Positions 13,155 to 25,473 of a DNA stretch of 64,000 bases are shown one piece after another. Origin of the DNA: Geosiphon pyriformis uo1 (lineage: Eukaryota > Fungi > Glomeromycota). Position numbers and translations under genes: made by a program. The notes under the pieces were generated by a model, which made no database searches, was not told the DNA's origin, and was given only the letters and a program-made list of their open reading frames with translations. The stretch covers positions 1,439,696 to 1,503,695 of the forward strand of contig JAAOMT010000602.1 in NCBI GenBank assembly GCA_016748015.1, in the 5' to 3' direction. Position 1 is the first letter of the stretch. Each line of letters begins with the position of its first letter.

Positions 13155-14930
13155 ATTTTTTTTTTTATATTTAATGAGTGAGGCCCAAATGTCATCTAGC
13201 ACAATACATCAAACTAAGTAATCTAAACTAGGCACAAATTATGCATTTTCTACACATAACCAGTCACTTAAATCAATTAAAACAACATTACAAATCTATC
13301 TTAACCAATATTATAATATCAACACCAGAAAAAAAAACAGCAAAACCTATGAAAACCAAAGCTAATACCAAGCACTTTAGCAATACCAAGCAACTTAAAA
13401 ATCCCAACAAAAAACAAAAATAACAGATTATGGATCTTAGACAATACTAAATCATTACTTATAATCAGGCTTTTTTTTTCCATAATTATCTTATACTTGA
13501 TCTGAATTATCTATATATTAGTATAGTAAGCTGTTTTTAAGTCTTGAACAAAATTTACAACAATCTTATTGGTAATTTTAACATTATTAAAAATAGACAA
13601 TATTATTCATAAAATATAAGAAGTATATTAATATATAAATTAGCCATTAGAAGTAGTCATAGTAGATATAGAATTCCAGGATTCTAAAAATTTCAGAATT
13701 CTCATACAAAGAATTGCAGGATTTCAGAATTTCAAGATTCTTCTCAAAGGAATTGCAGGATTTCAGGAATTCCAAGATTCCTGGTGTGAAGAATTGAGAA
13801 ATTGAGGAATCTCAATTATGTATATATAGTAGTAATATTAGAAGAAAAAAAGACAGACCTTCCAGTTTAGATTTAATCTAAGCAATCTTCTATATTACAA
13901 ATATCAAATAAATATTTATTCAATATTTCAATCTACTCTCCACTATTAATACTTCATGTTAATAGCAATTAATACTTAACCATTCTGAAACAATAACTCT
14001 TGATCACAGCTATTGACAAGATACTTATTTTTATTGTCTTGGCTTGTTCTTTTAATTTTTTTTAATTTTTTTTATTTTCTGTTGTTATTATAGTTAGGTA
14101 CTAATTGATTAAAAGATTAAAGTACTAAGTTATTAATATTATGGATAGCCTGGTAAAAGACCCAGAAATAAGGATAGAATTATATATATTAACAGATAAC
14201 TTACTAGAAGGACATAACTGCCAGAATAAACCCAGCTGCCAAGCTAAGAAAAAAATTGGGCAGAATTGCAATTCCAAAAAACTCTTACTATCCTCAGTAA
14301 ATCTCTGTCCATTATACAAAAAACTTCACAACAAAATCTTCAGATATGAAAACCTTCAGATCCATAAACTTTTTCAAAAAAATACCAACCAAATCCACTA
14401 TTGAGCACCAAGTTATGAGTTTGTTATTTGTTTTGAGACCCCAAATAATTACTTATAACAACAAGATCTTTAAAAACCAATTTTTGAACAAAAAACTCTT
14501 ATACAAAGCATTATAAACAATATTATCAAAAGTATACAAAGAAAACATTTATAAAATCTAAGATAAGACTAAATTTAAACCCAATAAAACACTTTAACAA
14601 GACAAATGAAATCTAATCAGGTTTTTATAAACTCTAGTATCAAATATACACATAAATAAATGGTCAAAACTCTTTACATCCTTACAATAAAAACACAACA
14701 CATTAAGGTATTTTTTATTATACAAATATTTTCAAACAGTGGCCAATAGATAACAGTACAAAGTTTTTATAAAAAATAAACACAAACTAGCTGTGAATTT
14801 GCTTGTAAAACCAGCTGCCATATGCAAGTTAGGGTGCCAAACCAATACAATACAAATTCAATTTATATCATTAATCATGTTTCTGTCAATAATGTTAAAA
14901 CCAAGTCCAATCTTCTAACAAGCACAATTT
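13155..14930 (-). mobile_element. Decayed LINE 3' fragment (end of ORF2, conserved 3' tail, poly(A)) interrupted by a solo LTR
   Basis: 14700-14930 on the minus strand reads VWHPNLHMAAGFTSKFTA, versus VWHPDSHMLAGFTSRTS in the intact copy. 13171-13293 is the reverse complement of the shared tail ending gggcctcactcattaaa plus an A-run. Confidence 0.8.
13601..14460 (+). repeat. Solo LTR-A with 4-bp TSD (ACAA)
   Basis: Full-length similarity to 11976-12873; flanked by acaa at 13597-13600 and acaa at 14461-14464; the host LINE continues on both sides. Confidence 0.88.
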
Positions 14931-16045
14931 ATTTTTAAAACTAAAAAATATAAAAAATATAAAAAATTAGATAATTAATTGAAAATTTTAACATATATTA
15001 ATTTTTTGTAAAAAAAAGTTTATTTAATTTTAATTAAATAATAAATATTAGTTTTTATGTAAATATATTTGTAAATATATATTGTAAAAAAACAAAAAAA
15101 CAAAAATTTAATAATAATAATAATAATAATAATAAATTAAACCAATTTATAATAAAAATACAAATATATTTTCAATATATCAAAAAAAAATTATAACTAA
15201 AATTAACAATATTATATTAACTAAAATTTTTATTATTAAAAAAAATATTAATAAACAAACTTTTTTTAATCTGTTAACTAATTCAAAAAAAATTTAAAAT
15301 TATTATTTAAGTTTTAATATTAATTTATAAAAACCAAAAATAATAGTTTATTAATTTTAATATTAAATTTTACAATTATTATTTTATTTTATATTATTTT
15401 AAATATTATAACAGATATAATTTTATTTATATTTTACTATTATATATTATCTATTTAATCTTTAAATTCAAAGAATTAATTAATAAATTAAAATTAAAGC
15501 TTAATTTTAATTTAGTTTTTTGTATAAACTATATAATAAAAACTTTTTAAAAATATTTTTTATTAACAATAATTTTTAAAATTAAATAAATTAATAAATT
15601 AAAAAATATATAAAAAATATAATTTGTTTTGTTTTTAAAAATAGTAATAATTAATAAACATAATTATTATTATTATTATTTATAAAAAAAAAATTATTTA
15701 CAACCAAATTTAAATTAAGTATTATAATTGATACAACTATTTTAAAATTAATATAAATATTAGAAAAATTAAGTAAAACAAATATTTTATTTTTTACAAA
15801 AGAAAATACAAATTTTAAAATAAAAATATTAATTTAAAAAATACCAAAAACAATATTTTTTTAATATTATAAAAGAATTAAATACTTCAAGTAATTATAA
15901 ACTATATATACAAAATAAAAAAAAACTTCTTTCTTTCATTGATCCCCTGGTCACAATGAGAGCTTTGAGTCATCACTGAAATAGCCTTCCTTTTCCCTTT
16001 CCCTTTCACTTTTCTCCAGTTATTTCTTCGGACATTCCCCTTTTT

Positions 16046-18004
16046 GTGGCTATGGAACCGGTGGGCTTTGCTGTTGGTGGTTCTGAGTCCATTTCGGCTG
16101 GGTTAGGGACCCGGTCTGGTGTCAAAAATAAGTGTTCGGTTGGTCCTCAATCTCGCAGTGCGTCCTATAAGAAGCCGAAGAAACTTGTAGCGGTTGACGG
16201 TTTGGTGGAGTCGCCTGCTGGTGTCTCGAACATTATGGATGAAAGTGGTGATAAACCTAATATTGGGCATTCGTGGACTAGCGAGATCAACAGCGAAGTG
16301 GACAGCGTAAGTGACATCTTGGACTTGGATAACTTGGAAAACGTCATTGCTGAGGAAACTAACTATGCAGAGTCGGATGCAGGTTTGGACGACAACATAA
16401 ACAATGCCACGCCAAGGAAGACGCATACCCGCACCTATGTTCTGAACAGTAAGCCACTACCTCTCTCTTTCAACGTGCTAAGTGATGGTGAAAACACTTT
16501 GCCTCTTCCGAGTCCTAAATTTTATGGGTCCAATCGCCTTCCTCCAGTCGGATCACGTGCTCCAGAGAAACGGAGTTTTATTTTGTCAAAATCGTTTGCA
16601 TTGGATATTGAGCTATCTGCCATTCTTGGCAAAACTATTGGTGATAAGTTGGTTTGTGTGAAAAAAATTTTTTATCAGGTTGATGGTTTTGGGGAGGCTT
16701 CGACTCCCTCAAAATTTCCTGGAATAATAAGATCATCATTTACATCTGAAAAAAGTTTGTTTAAGGCAAGGGAAATGGCAATCAGTAAAAAAATATTGGT
16801 AAATGATGATCTAAGAAAAGTAAACAGCCATTCAGATTGGGAGGTGATCGTCAAGGAAATCCCAGTAGATCTTCCCAAATCGGCAATTGAGGCAGTGTTC
16901 TCCAAGTTTGGCAAGATTGTTTCAATTAAAGTGCAGCTTATTGGTCTTTGGCAAAAGGCCCTGGTAGAATATGAATTATCTGAGATGGCTGATTTGGTCG
17001 CAGCTAGATGGTCTGTGCTTATGGGAAAGGATTCTGTCCGCGTGGCAAAGGCAAATATTGATAAACAAACATGGGTATCAAGGGATTAGCATCAGGCTTT
17101 GCTCTATACTCTTCCAGTTGGCACTAATGCTCATGATCTCTCCAGTTTGTTGGAATCATATGGTGGGAAGACTTGTTATATCGGCCGTAACCCTAGTTTA
17201 TATGTTCATGATAGATGTGCTGTAATTTGTTTTGGTGATGAGACATCTAAGTTGGCTGCTATTGGTACCGTTCCAGTTTTCAGAAATGTGAGTTTGCATT
17301 GGGCTGGTCTTTCTTTAGCCAGTTGTGCTCGTTGTAAACAATTCGGTCATGTTTCGGTCAACTGTTCCTTGGGTGAGTATTCTGGTGTTTGAGGAAGGAG
17401 GGTGGTTTCTGAGCAAGATCGGGTTCGTCTAGCTGGGATATATAAGAGGAAGTCGGCCTCTGTCACTCGTCCAGTTTCTTTTGGTGGAAAGACATGGGCC
17501 CAAGTGACAGGCTGTTCTCCCTCTCGTGTCGTCTCTTCGGGTGCTCCTGGTGTCAGTTTGGTCTCTGGTTCGAAGACTTTCTCAATGGATTCCTCCTCAT
17601 TTGGTGCTGCTGATCTAGATGGTTGCCTAGCTGTGCTGGAACATTCCGTGGAAATTCTCACGGACCAAGTCTCACTCATTTTAAAGAAATTAAGTTTTAT
17701 TGACTTGGTGCTATTGGCACCTTTTCCCTCAGCTCTTCCTTTGGTGTCTCTAACTGCTGTTGTTTCAGATATGGACTTAGGTTTAGATTTGGATAGCACA
17801 TTGTTGTTGTCTGCCTCTTCTTCTCCCAATGTTGGTGGGTCAGTTGTTGATTTCAGTCTGAGCAGTTCTAAGGTTTTGACTGCCAAGATTGGTGGTTTGG
17901 AGTTGAATATGATGGCTTTTGAGGCTTCAATTTGCTCGGTCTTGGATAGATTGAATCATCTGCATTCTGAATTGGGTTCATTGGCTTTTTCTCCATCTCA
18001 ATAA
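16046..18004 (+). pseudogene. LINE ORF1 (RRM-like domains, CCHC zinc knuckle, C-terminal coiled coil); two premature stops
   Basis: ORFs 16046, 17099 and 17402 share one frame. RRM-like 'VIVKEIPVDLPKSAIEAVFSKFGKIVSIKV'; CARCKQFGHVSVNC. The likely start is the ATG at 16052. Confidence 0.88.
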
Positions 18005-21000
18005 GTAGTTTGGTTTGGAAATTTGCTACATGCAATGTTCGGGGTATCAATGTTCCTGCGAAGCAAGCAGATGTTGTTTGTTGGCATGTGAGCTCAGGAA
18101 ATATGGTTTCTTTTATCACTGAGACTAAGTTGAGGTCCTCTTCTGGGCCGTGAATAAAGGATAAATTTGATGGAATGTGAATATTTTCTTCTGGCTTGGA
18201 TAAGGGTTTCATGGGTGCTGGGGTTGCAATTGTTATGAACACTTCTTTGGCCTGTCATGTATCTAAGGTGGAGGAGATTCCTGGTCGGGTTATTTCTGTT
18301 CGGCTCCTGTTTAAGGGCAAGCTCTCGGTTACTGTTTTAGGGTTGTATGCTGGTGCCTCTTCTGGGGCTAGATTTGGTCAGGCTTCTGAAGTTAACTCTC
18401 TCATTGCAAAGGCAGTCAACTCCAGCAATTTTGTTATCTTGGGTGGGGACTTTAATGAGAATGGATCTGGTAGAAGTGCTAGTTTCAAGTTTTGTTTGAG
18501 TTTAGGTTTGGTCAATTCATTTGTTGGTCATCATTTGGCTAATTCTTATACGTGGAGCAATTCAAGAGGGGTTGGGAAAACAATTGATTACATTTTTGTT
18601 GGTAGTAATTTGTCTACTGCTGTTGCTGGCCATCAAGTTGTCTCTGTTTCAAATTTCTTTGACACTAATCACAAGGCTGTTGTAGTTTCGGTTGGTTTGA
18701 GTGGGCTTCTAGATGTATAATTGAACAGTTTGCGCAAGCAGGCGAATAAAAATTGTTGGAAGTTCAAAATCAAGAATGCTGACTGTGTTGGATGGGCTAA
18801 GTTTAAGGATCTCTTGTCAGCTAAACTTTTGTCTTTGAGTGAGGTGTTCTCTGATGCCAAAATATGTGATGATGTGGATGCTATGTGGGCAGTTTTGGTG
18901 GGAGCTGTGGTGGATTCTACTGATGTAACATTTTCAAGGCATTAGTTTAGTGAATTCAAGTGTTTGAGAAACAAACATTCTTCTAGGTTTTTTGGTCTGG
19001 AATTGTTGGTGGCCAAGATTGTCAAGAAATTTTGCTCTGGTGACTTGCTGGGCGCTGATTGTCTTGTGAGTAAATGGTCGACTCTGGATGATGCGAAGGC
19101 TTGTGCTTTCAAGGACTTGGTTGGCTCGGGTGTTAAATTTGATGTTGTTGTTAGGCATTTGTCATTGGTTTGCAGAGATTACAGGAGGTCGAAGATGTTT
19201 GAGTCAAGGTTGGCTGAGGAAGCTTCAGTTAGAAAGGCGATTGAGAAGCGCATGGATAATTTCTGTTCAGATAAGGGTAGTATGATCAGGAATGTGTTGG
19301 AAAAGCCTTTTCACAAGATTGTGTTGGATCACTTGATAGTTGATGATGATCTGGTTTTGTTGTCTGAAAAAGTGAAGTCCAGTGTGGATAGAATAATGGA
19401 GGGGTGGACGAGGAAATGCTCCGTGCAGTCAGTGCTTCTTGGTCTTTGGGCTCATCAGTACATGCCTTTGGACTATGTTCAGGATGATGCTTTTTCAGGT
19501 GTTATGAGTGCAATCAGTATGAGCGAGTTACTTTCTGTTGTTGGTGGTCTTCCTGATGGCAAGGCTGCTGGTTTGTCTGGTGTTCCTAATGAGTTATAGA
19601 AACATGGTGGTGAGGTGGTTTTGGGGTGTCTGTTGGCACTGTTTAACAAATGTTTGTCTGGTGGTGTGGTGCCTGTTTTGTGGAAGAGGGCTTGGGTGTC
19701 AATGATTCCTAAGTCTTATGACTGGGATGGAGTTCTTACGAACACTCGGCCTATTGCTTTGATTGAGACTGCCAGGAAGATTCTTTCCAAGATTCTGTCT
19801 GACCGTATTTCAATGGCTTGTAGCAAGTTCAATGTTCTTCAGGGTGACAACTTTTCGGTACTGAAGGGTATGTCAACCCAATCTCCGGTGTTTGCTATTG
19901 GTTCGGTAATTGAGGATGCCATTGAGAAGGATAGGGAGTTATGGTTGGTCTTGCAAAATATGCGGAAAGCTTACAATTCAGTTGGGTGGCATCATTTAAG
20001 AGCTAGTTTGCAGCATGTCAAGATGTGTGAGAGGTTCATAAGGTTTTTTGGTGGTATTCATGAGGATAGAGTCAATAGGGTGATAACTGACTTTGGTTTG
20101 TCTGGTGGTTATAAGGTGCATGATGGGCTGGACCAGGGTGAAGTCTTTTCGCCACTTCTTTGGAGAATTTTTTACGATCCGCTTTTGTGTGAGGTTAAAA
20201 GGCATGAACAATTGTGTAAGTACTGGATTGATACTAAGTTTGTTTCAAAATCTGGCAGAATTGAGGGCAGTGGTGGTTTGACATTGTATTTTTCGGCTGG
20301 TGCGTTTGTCGATGATATGATCTGGGTTGGAAATTGTCAGGCTTCTACTCAATATGCTTTGAACATTGCCAGTGAATTTTTTGTGATCAATGATATCTCT
20401 ATCAATAGTGAGAAGACGGTAGCTATTCCTATCAATCAGGGCATTAAAGTTGCTTTACTGAATATTTGTGGTCAGCCAATTTCTATTGCCAAGAAAGGGG
20501 AAGCACATCGGTATCTGGGTATTTTTCTGTCGACTGAAGGGCTCTCCAAGCCGAATGTTACCAAGGCTCATGCAGATGTATGTTTCTTCATCAATGTTGT
20601 GCTTAGGAAGGCTATTACAGACAAACAATTCTCCTATCTGGTGTCAGCTGTTTTGCAGCCTATTGTTAGCTATCGTACTCAGTTCAGTTTTGTCTCATCT
20701 AATGTTTGTTGCAAGTGGGATGCCTTGGTTAGAAAGAGTCTTAGGTTCAAGGCTTGTCTCTCCCATGATTTTCCTGACACTGCTTTGCATCATCTCTCAT
20801 TGTATGGCCTAAAGCCTTTTGAGCAAGTGCAGTCAGAAGGGAAGGTTGCTGCTTTGATAGTGTTTTCTAATGCCTTTGGCATTCTTGGGCGTTTGTTTAG
20901 ACATAGGTTTTTGGACCTACAGGTTCTTGGTTGGGCTCCTTTGGATCCTTTGCAGTTTCCAGTCAGGTTGCGTGTTAGTTCGGTGAACAATTTTTTGGCT

Positions 21001-22686
21001 GGGATGGTGAAGATCTTTCTGGGCAATGAGCTTACTTTGGTGAACAACCTCCCCACTGCATTTCGTAGTCCTGGTCAGTTCCCGTTGTTCTCTGTTCTTG
21101 GAAAGTCTCTGTATTTTGATTCAGTCAAATCTCTTAAACGTTTTGGTGTTGCTTTTGGTAATTGGCTTTTTGATAAGAAAGGTGCTTTGTTGGATTGGAA
21201 AACTTTTTGTTGTTGGAAGAGGTTGGATCTGCGTGGCCTTGTGTCTCACTGGTTCATGGTTTCTTCTGAGTTTTTGAAAGGTCAGAGTTACTCATTTTCT
21301 GGTTCTGTTGGCTTTGCGGAAAAGCTTGGTTTGGACATTTTGGGATCTGGAGAATTTTCTGTGGTTAAAAATGGATTGCATGACATTTGGTCAGGCTTTT
21401 TTGAAGTTTTCACGAATGGGTTTTTGAGGAATGCAGGCTCTGCTGAGGTCGCCTGTGGTGCTGCTGCATACTTTCCAGTCTTGGATAAGAGTATTGGTGT
21501 CACTGTTCGTGGTCTTTTGTCATCTACTATAGCCGAGTTACAGGCTGTTGCTTTGGCTTTGAAGTGTGTTCCTTCTTCAAATACTGTGATGTTACGTCTT
21601 GACAGCCAGGCTGCTATTGATGCATATGTGTCTGAGATGTCTTTGGTTGCCCCTGATTTACGTAATCAATGCTGGCTGGAAAGGTGTCATATTTTCAATT
21701 TGGTCAGGGATAAGGATCTCAGCATGAGTTGGGTTAAGGTAAAAGGACACTCTGGGATTCCTGGTAATGTAAGAGCTGACTTGGCTGCTGGGGCTGTCTC
21801 TGGGTCTCCCTTTTCTCTTTGTGCTGATGTGCGTGAACATTTTTTGGTTGCTGAGGGTATCGCTGTTTCTGGTAATGCCCGTCATTTTATCAGGAATAAT
21901 TTTCGATCAATTTGTTGTGCTCGTTGGGAAGCTGGGCCTGGTTGTGATGTAGCTCCAGATGCGATGATTGGTTGCATAGACTGGGTTGTCATGGCGAAGG
22001 TGTGGCATCCTGATTCTCATATGCTTGCTGGGTTCACTAGCCGCACATCCTTAATGCTTCGCACTTATGTTATAAAGGCTGTGCACAGAAGGTTGCCGGT
22101 AGCAGTAAGGAAGAGATTGTATGATAAGTGCTACCCTAGTGTGTTGTGTTTGTTTTGCAGTGAGGTGGAGTTCTCTGACCACGTTTTTACTTGTGTTCAT
22201 GAGTCTGGCATTCGTGGTGAGATTTTGGCAGAGGCTTCTGCCCATTGGTCAGCTTTGGCTGGTGGTTCCCCTGCTTCTGCTGTGTTGCAGGTTTTGTCTC
22301 AATGTTCTATTGATGTTGGGCTGTACACTTTGGTGTGCAAAGGGTTTGTGCTGTAGGAGTGGTATAAGGAGGCTTGCGATGTTTTTGAGGATAGAAAGGT
22401 GACCACTGCTCGAATTGTTGATTATGTCAGGTTCGTTGTTGGATTACATCATGCTAAAGTATGGTTGGCTAGAGCCAGCCACCGGGTGGTAATAGAGAAG
22501 GCTGGTCTGGTCTGTGACGTTAGTGTTGTTTCTGGACTCCCTTGTGGTGTGTCTTCGGTTTTGTTTGACGGTATTGTGAGATTGCTTGGTTTGGCCAATT
22601 CCTTTGCTGTTAGCTTTGGTCATCGGAAGCCTTATTGTTTCTTTTCTGGTCTGGGTGGCAATATGCGGGTAGTTATAGATGTGTAG
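18001..22686 (+). pseudogene. LINE ORF2: APE endonuclease - reverse transcriptase - RNase H - C-terminal Zn finger; six premature stops, no frameshift
   Basis: APE motifs TCNVRG, TETK, GDFN, IDYIF, TNH; RT motifs RPIAL, QNMRKAYNS, GLDQGEVFSPLLW, FVDD, YLG; RNase H motifs FTNG, AEL, DSQ, WVKVKGHSGIPGN.RAD; CLFC..E..DHVFTC. All sub-ORFs are in frame 1. Confidence 0.95.
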
Positions 22687-22976
22687 TGTTGCCTTGTCTG
22701 GTCTGAGTGGCTAGCCACATGTAGAAAGTGCGTGAGTTGCGTTTAGTTTGAGCCTCTTAGTTTGGTTCTATGTACTAGATAGTGATTGGGCTGCACTCAT
22801 TAAATGGGTTAAATAAAAAAAAATAAATAAAATACTTCAAATTTAAGAAAAAAAAATAGCTTTTTGTTTTTTATTTATTTAAATAATAAAAAAAGTTATT
22901 TAAAAAAATAGTATTTAGTTATTAATTTGTTATTAAATATTTTTAAACTTTTTATAATAATAAAAATATTAAAAAA

Positions 22977-25273
22977 TTCTTTGTCTTCTTAATTTTATGA
23001 CTACGATTAAAGCAAAGAGTAAAAAAGCTGCACCTAATATATTTTCTAAGATATCTAATAAAATTTCAACCAGAGGAGCTCTCTTTGTTGTAGAAGCAAC
23101 TAGGCAAACCATTTTAGAAGCCTTTCCTTTACCTAATAATTATAAAAAGCTGTTTTTGGTAACTACTGAAGCAACTTCCTTAACTTTGGCTAGTTTTTTA
23201 CCAATCAAAATTCCCTTAAAGAAACACACTTGGGTTAGTCCTAGTGTTGTCTCTATTCCAACTAAGAGCCCAAAAGTTTTTAATAATAGATTTGTAAACA
23301 AGCTGGTTTTCCTTTTTTTTGCTTTAATATTTAGTGCTGCTAGCACTATCTCTTCAAAAAAAATGATCAAAAAAACTAAAAATTCAGAAAAATAGAAGCA
23401 GTCATTTGTCTCTGCTATTGTTACATTGAACTTTTTTGTGGTTTCCAATGAGATCTTAGATAAAATCTTCATAGTATTATCCAGCATGTCATCCAAAATG
23501 AATCAAAATCAACCACTGGCTGTGTTGCTTAATGTAATATCTTCTGGCAGATTTTTGCTAGTTTTAGAAGCAAAACAATTATCTCTTGTGGTGTCATCTG
23601 TTTTTGAGAACTGGGCTGACCAAATCGAAACTGAATCATCTTCTCTTCTGGTTTCTGGTGCTGCCATTGGTGGTGCTTGAAAAATTATTACTAGTTGTCA
23701 AAGATTTGCTGGGTGAGTGGCCTTCATTCTAATGCCTAATGCTACTTTTAAGATCAAATTGGCTCATATTAAGGCTGTTTTTCAGTTAGTACATGGTTTC
23801 TTGGATGCAAAATCAGTATCAAAAGACATTTTGAAGCTGTTTTGTGTGGAGTTTGCTTCTCAAGTGTCTTTGGAAGCTGCATTTTTGATTGAGCTTACAA
23901 GTTTTGTACATTTGATTACCCTTAAAATTGCCAAGTCTTTGGTGGTTTCTGAGTTTGGCTCTCTTTCTGCTGCTGTTGTGCTGCATAATATGTCTTTGGG
24001 TGTGTTTGCTGCTAATATTAAGACAGCTTTTAGTGTTTTTGGTGTGGTTACTTGTGTTGTACTGAAGCCTGTCAGCATTTGGCAGTATGTTGTGATCCAT
24101 TTTGAGAATTTGGTTGCTGTCATATCTGCTCTTAATCACTGGTCAGTTTTGGTAAACAAAAATAGTGTTCAGATTTTTCTCTTTGTAAATCAACAAAAAA
24201 CAATTGTGTTTTATAATAAGTTTAAAGCCAAGTTGGTTAACTTTTCTCCTGACTGCACTGTTTTTGAAATTAGTGATATGGTTTTTCAAATTGGTGGTCA
24301 AACTTGTTTTATTTCTTAGTCTTCTGATTCTGGTCATTTTTTTTACTTTGTTCTGGTTATATTTGGCTCTCAAGCTGATTTGGATCTTGCTGTTGTCAAA
24401 ACTAGTACACTAAGAAAGTGCCATATCTGGTGAAAAACTCTTGGTTGTCAATATTATTTTTAGTGTTAAGAAATAGACCACTTGGCTGTAGACTATAAGG
24501 TTGCTTCACTTCCTTTTTCTAGAACTCTCAAGATGTTTAAACCATATTTTATTAGTTTTTTGTTTTATGTAAAGGCATCTGCTTCTTCTATTCTTTCTGA
24601 ATTTTCTTCTTTGGTAACTTTTGCTTCTCCTGTGGCTGTTGTCAATTCTTTGATATCTTTTTGGCTTGTTGATTTGGAATTTGAATTGGCCAAGCTTTCT
24701 GTTTTGGTTAATTCTATTGTTAAGCCTATTGGTTTTATGATTAAAGTTTTTGAACAATTTGTTAATAGTAATCTGGTTTCTAGTGCTGCTCTTGGTCTTA
24801 GGGTCAAAGAAGTTTTGGTTCACATGAGTTTTTTTAGCAAAGCTGTTGGTAAATTGGAGCAAAAAGTGGTTGCTCTAAAATTTGAGTGTAGTTTTGAGGA
24901 TGTTAATATATCAGGTCTTTATGTAAGTTTGTTATCTTTTAATAATGATATGTTTTCTAATTTGATGTCTCTTTGGGAACATAAATCTGCTGCTGTAAAG
25001 GCTGATGCTTTTAAGACAGCTAAGTGGTTAGTTGGATTGGTTAATAATAGTGCTATATTATTTGAGATTATTCAAAAAATGTCTTTTTTGGGTAAGTTTT
25101 CTTCTGGTGCATCAATATAGTATAGTCTGAACTGGCTTGAATAACTGGTTATATGTAGTAAGCATGTAAATTATATTTAGCCCTAGATCACTTAATTTGG
25201 TTCTAATTTCTAAATAGTAGTTGAGCCATATTTGTTAAATTCATAATAAAATAATAATAATAATAATAATAAT
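22977..25273 (+). mobile_element. ORF1-only non-autonomous retroelement (HAL1-like), copy 1
   Basis: 20-nt 5' UTR; one ~708-codon frame 22997-25120 with internal stops, homologous to LINE ORF1 in the RRM/knuckle region; no ORF2; shared 3' tail; (TAA)n end. Confidence 0.82.
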
Positions 25274-25396
25274 TTAAAGTCAAAAAAAGTGTTTTATTAA
25301 TAATTAAAGACTGTTTTGTGTTTTTATTATTTACAAAAAACATTTTAAAAAATGTTTGATAATTTTTATTTTCAAAAAAACTTTTTAAGCATTAAA

Positions 25397-25398
<2 letters not shown>

Positions 25399-25432
<34 letters not shown>
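25399..25432. repeat. (TAA)n microsatellite; similar runs at ~15111-15134 and 25251-25273
   Basis: Perfect trinucleotide run. Confidence 0.9.
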
Positions 25433-25473
25433 CTTTTTTGTTTTTTTTAATTATAATTAAAATTCAAAAAAAA

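Larger units (their letters stand above)
15926..22823 (+). mobile_element. Full-length, young non-LTR retrotransposon (LINE) with RNase H
   Basis: Two ORFs, each in a single frame; 3' UTR and A-rich tail; candidate 13-bp TSD aaataaaaaaaaa (15913-15925 and 22811-22823, low complexity); GC content far above the flanks. Confidence 0.95.

Noticed and set aside
15881-15890. aatacttcaa repeated at 22831-22840 as the LINE TSD
   Set aside because: It lies 35 nt upstream of the element start defined by the paralogous 5' end. The adjacent A-rich 13-mer fits better, though it is low complexity.
16046-22686. Alternative genetic code or programmed read-through to explain in-frame stops
   Set aside because: All three stop codons occur, at different positions in different copies, and mostly correspond to single transitions from TGG/CAR/CGA. 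The kinase gene has none.
22690-22740. Hammerhead ribozyme in the shared tail (ctgag...gaaa)
   Set aside because: The CUGANGA core is absent (ctgagtg; ccgagta in another copy) and GAAA sits in a hairpin loop rather than at the junction.
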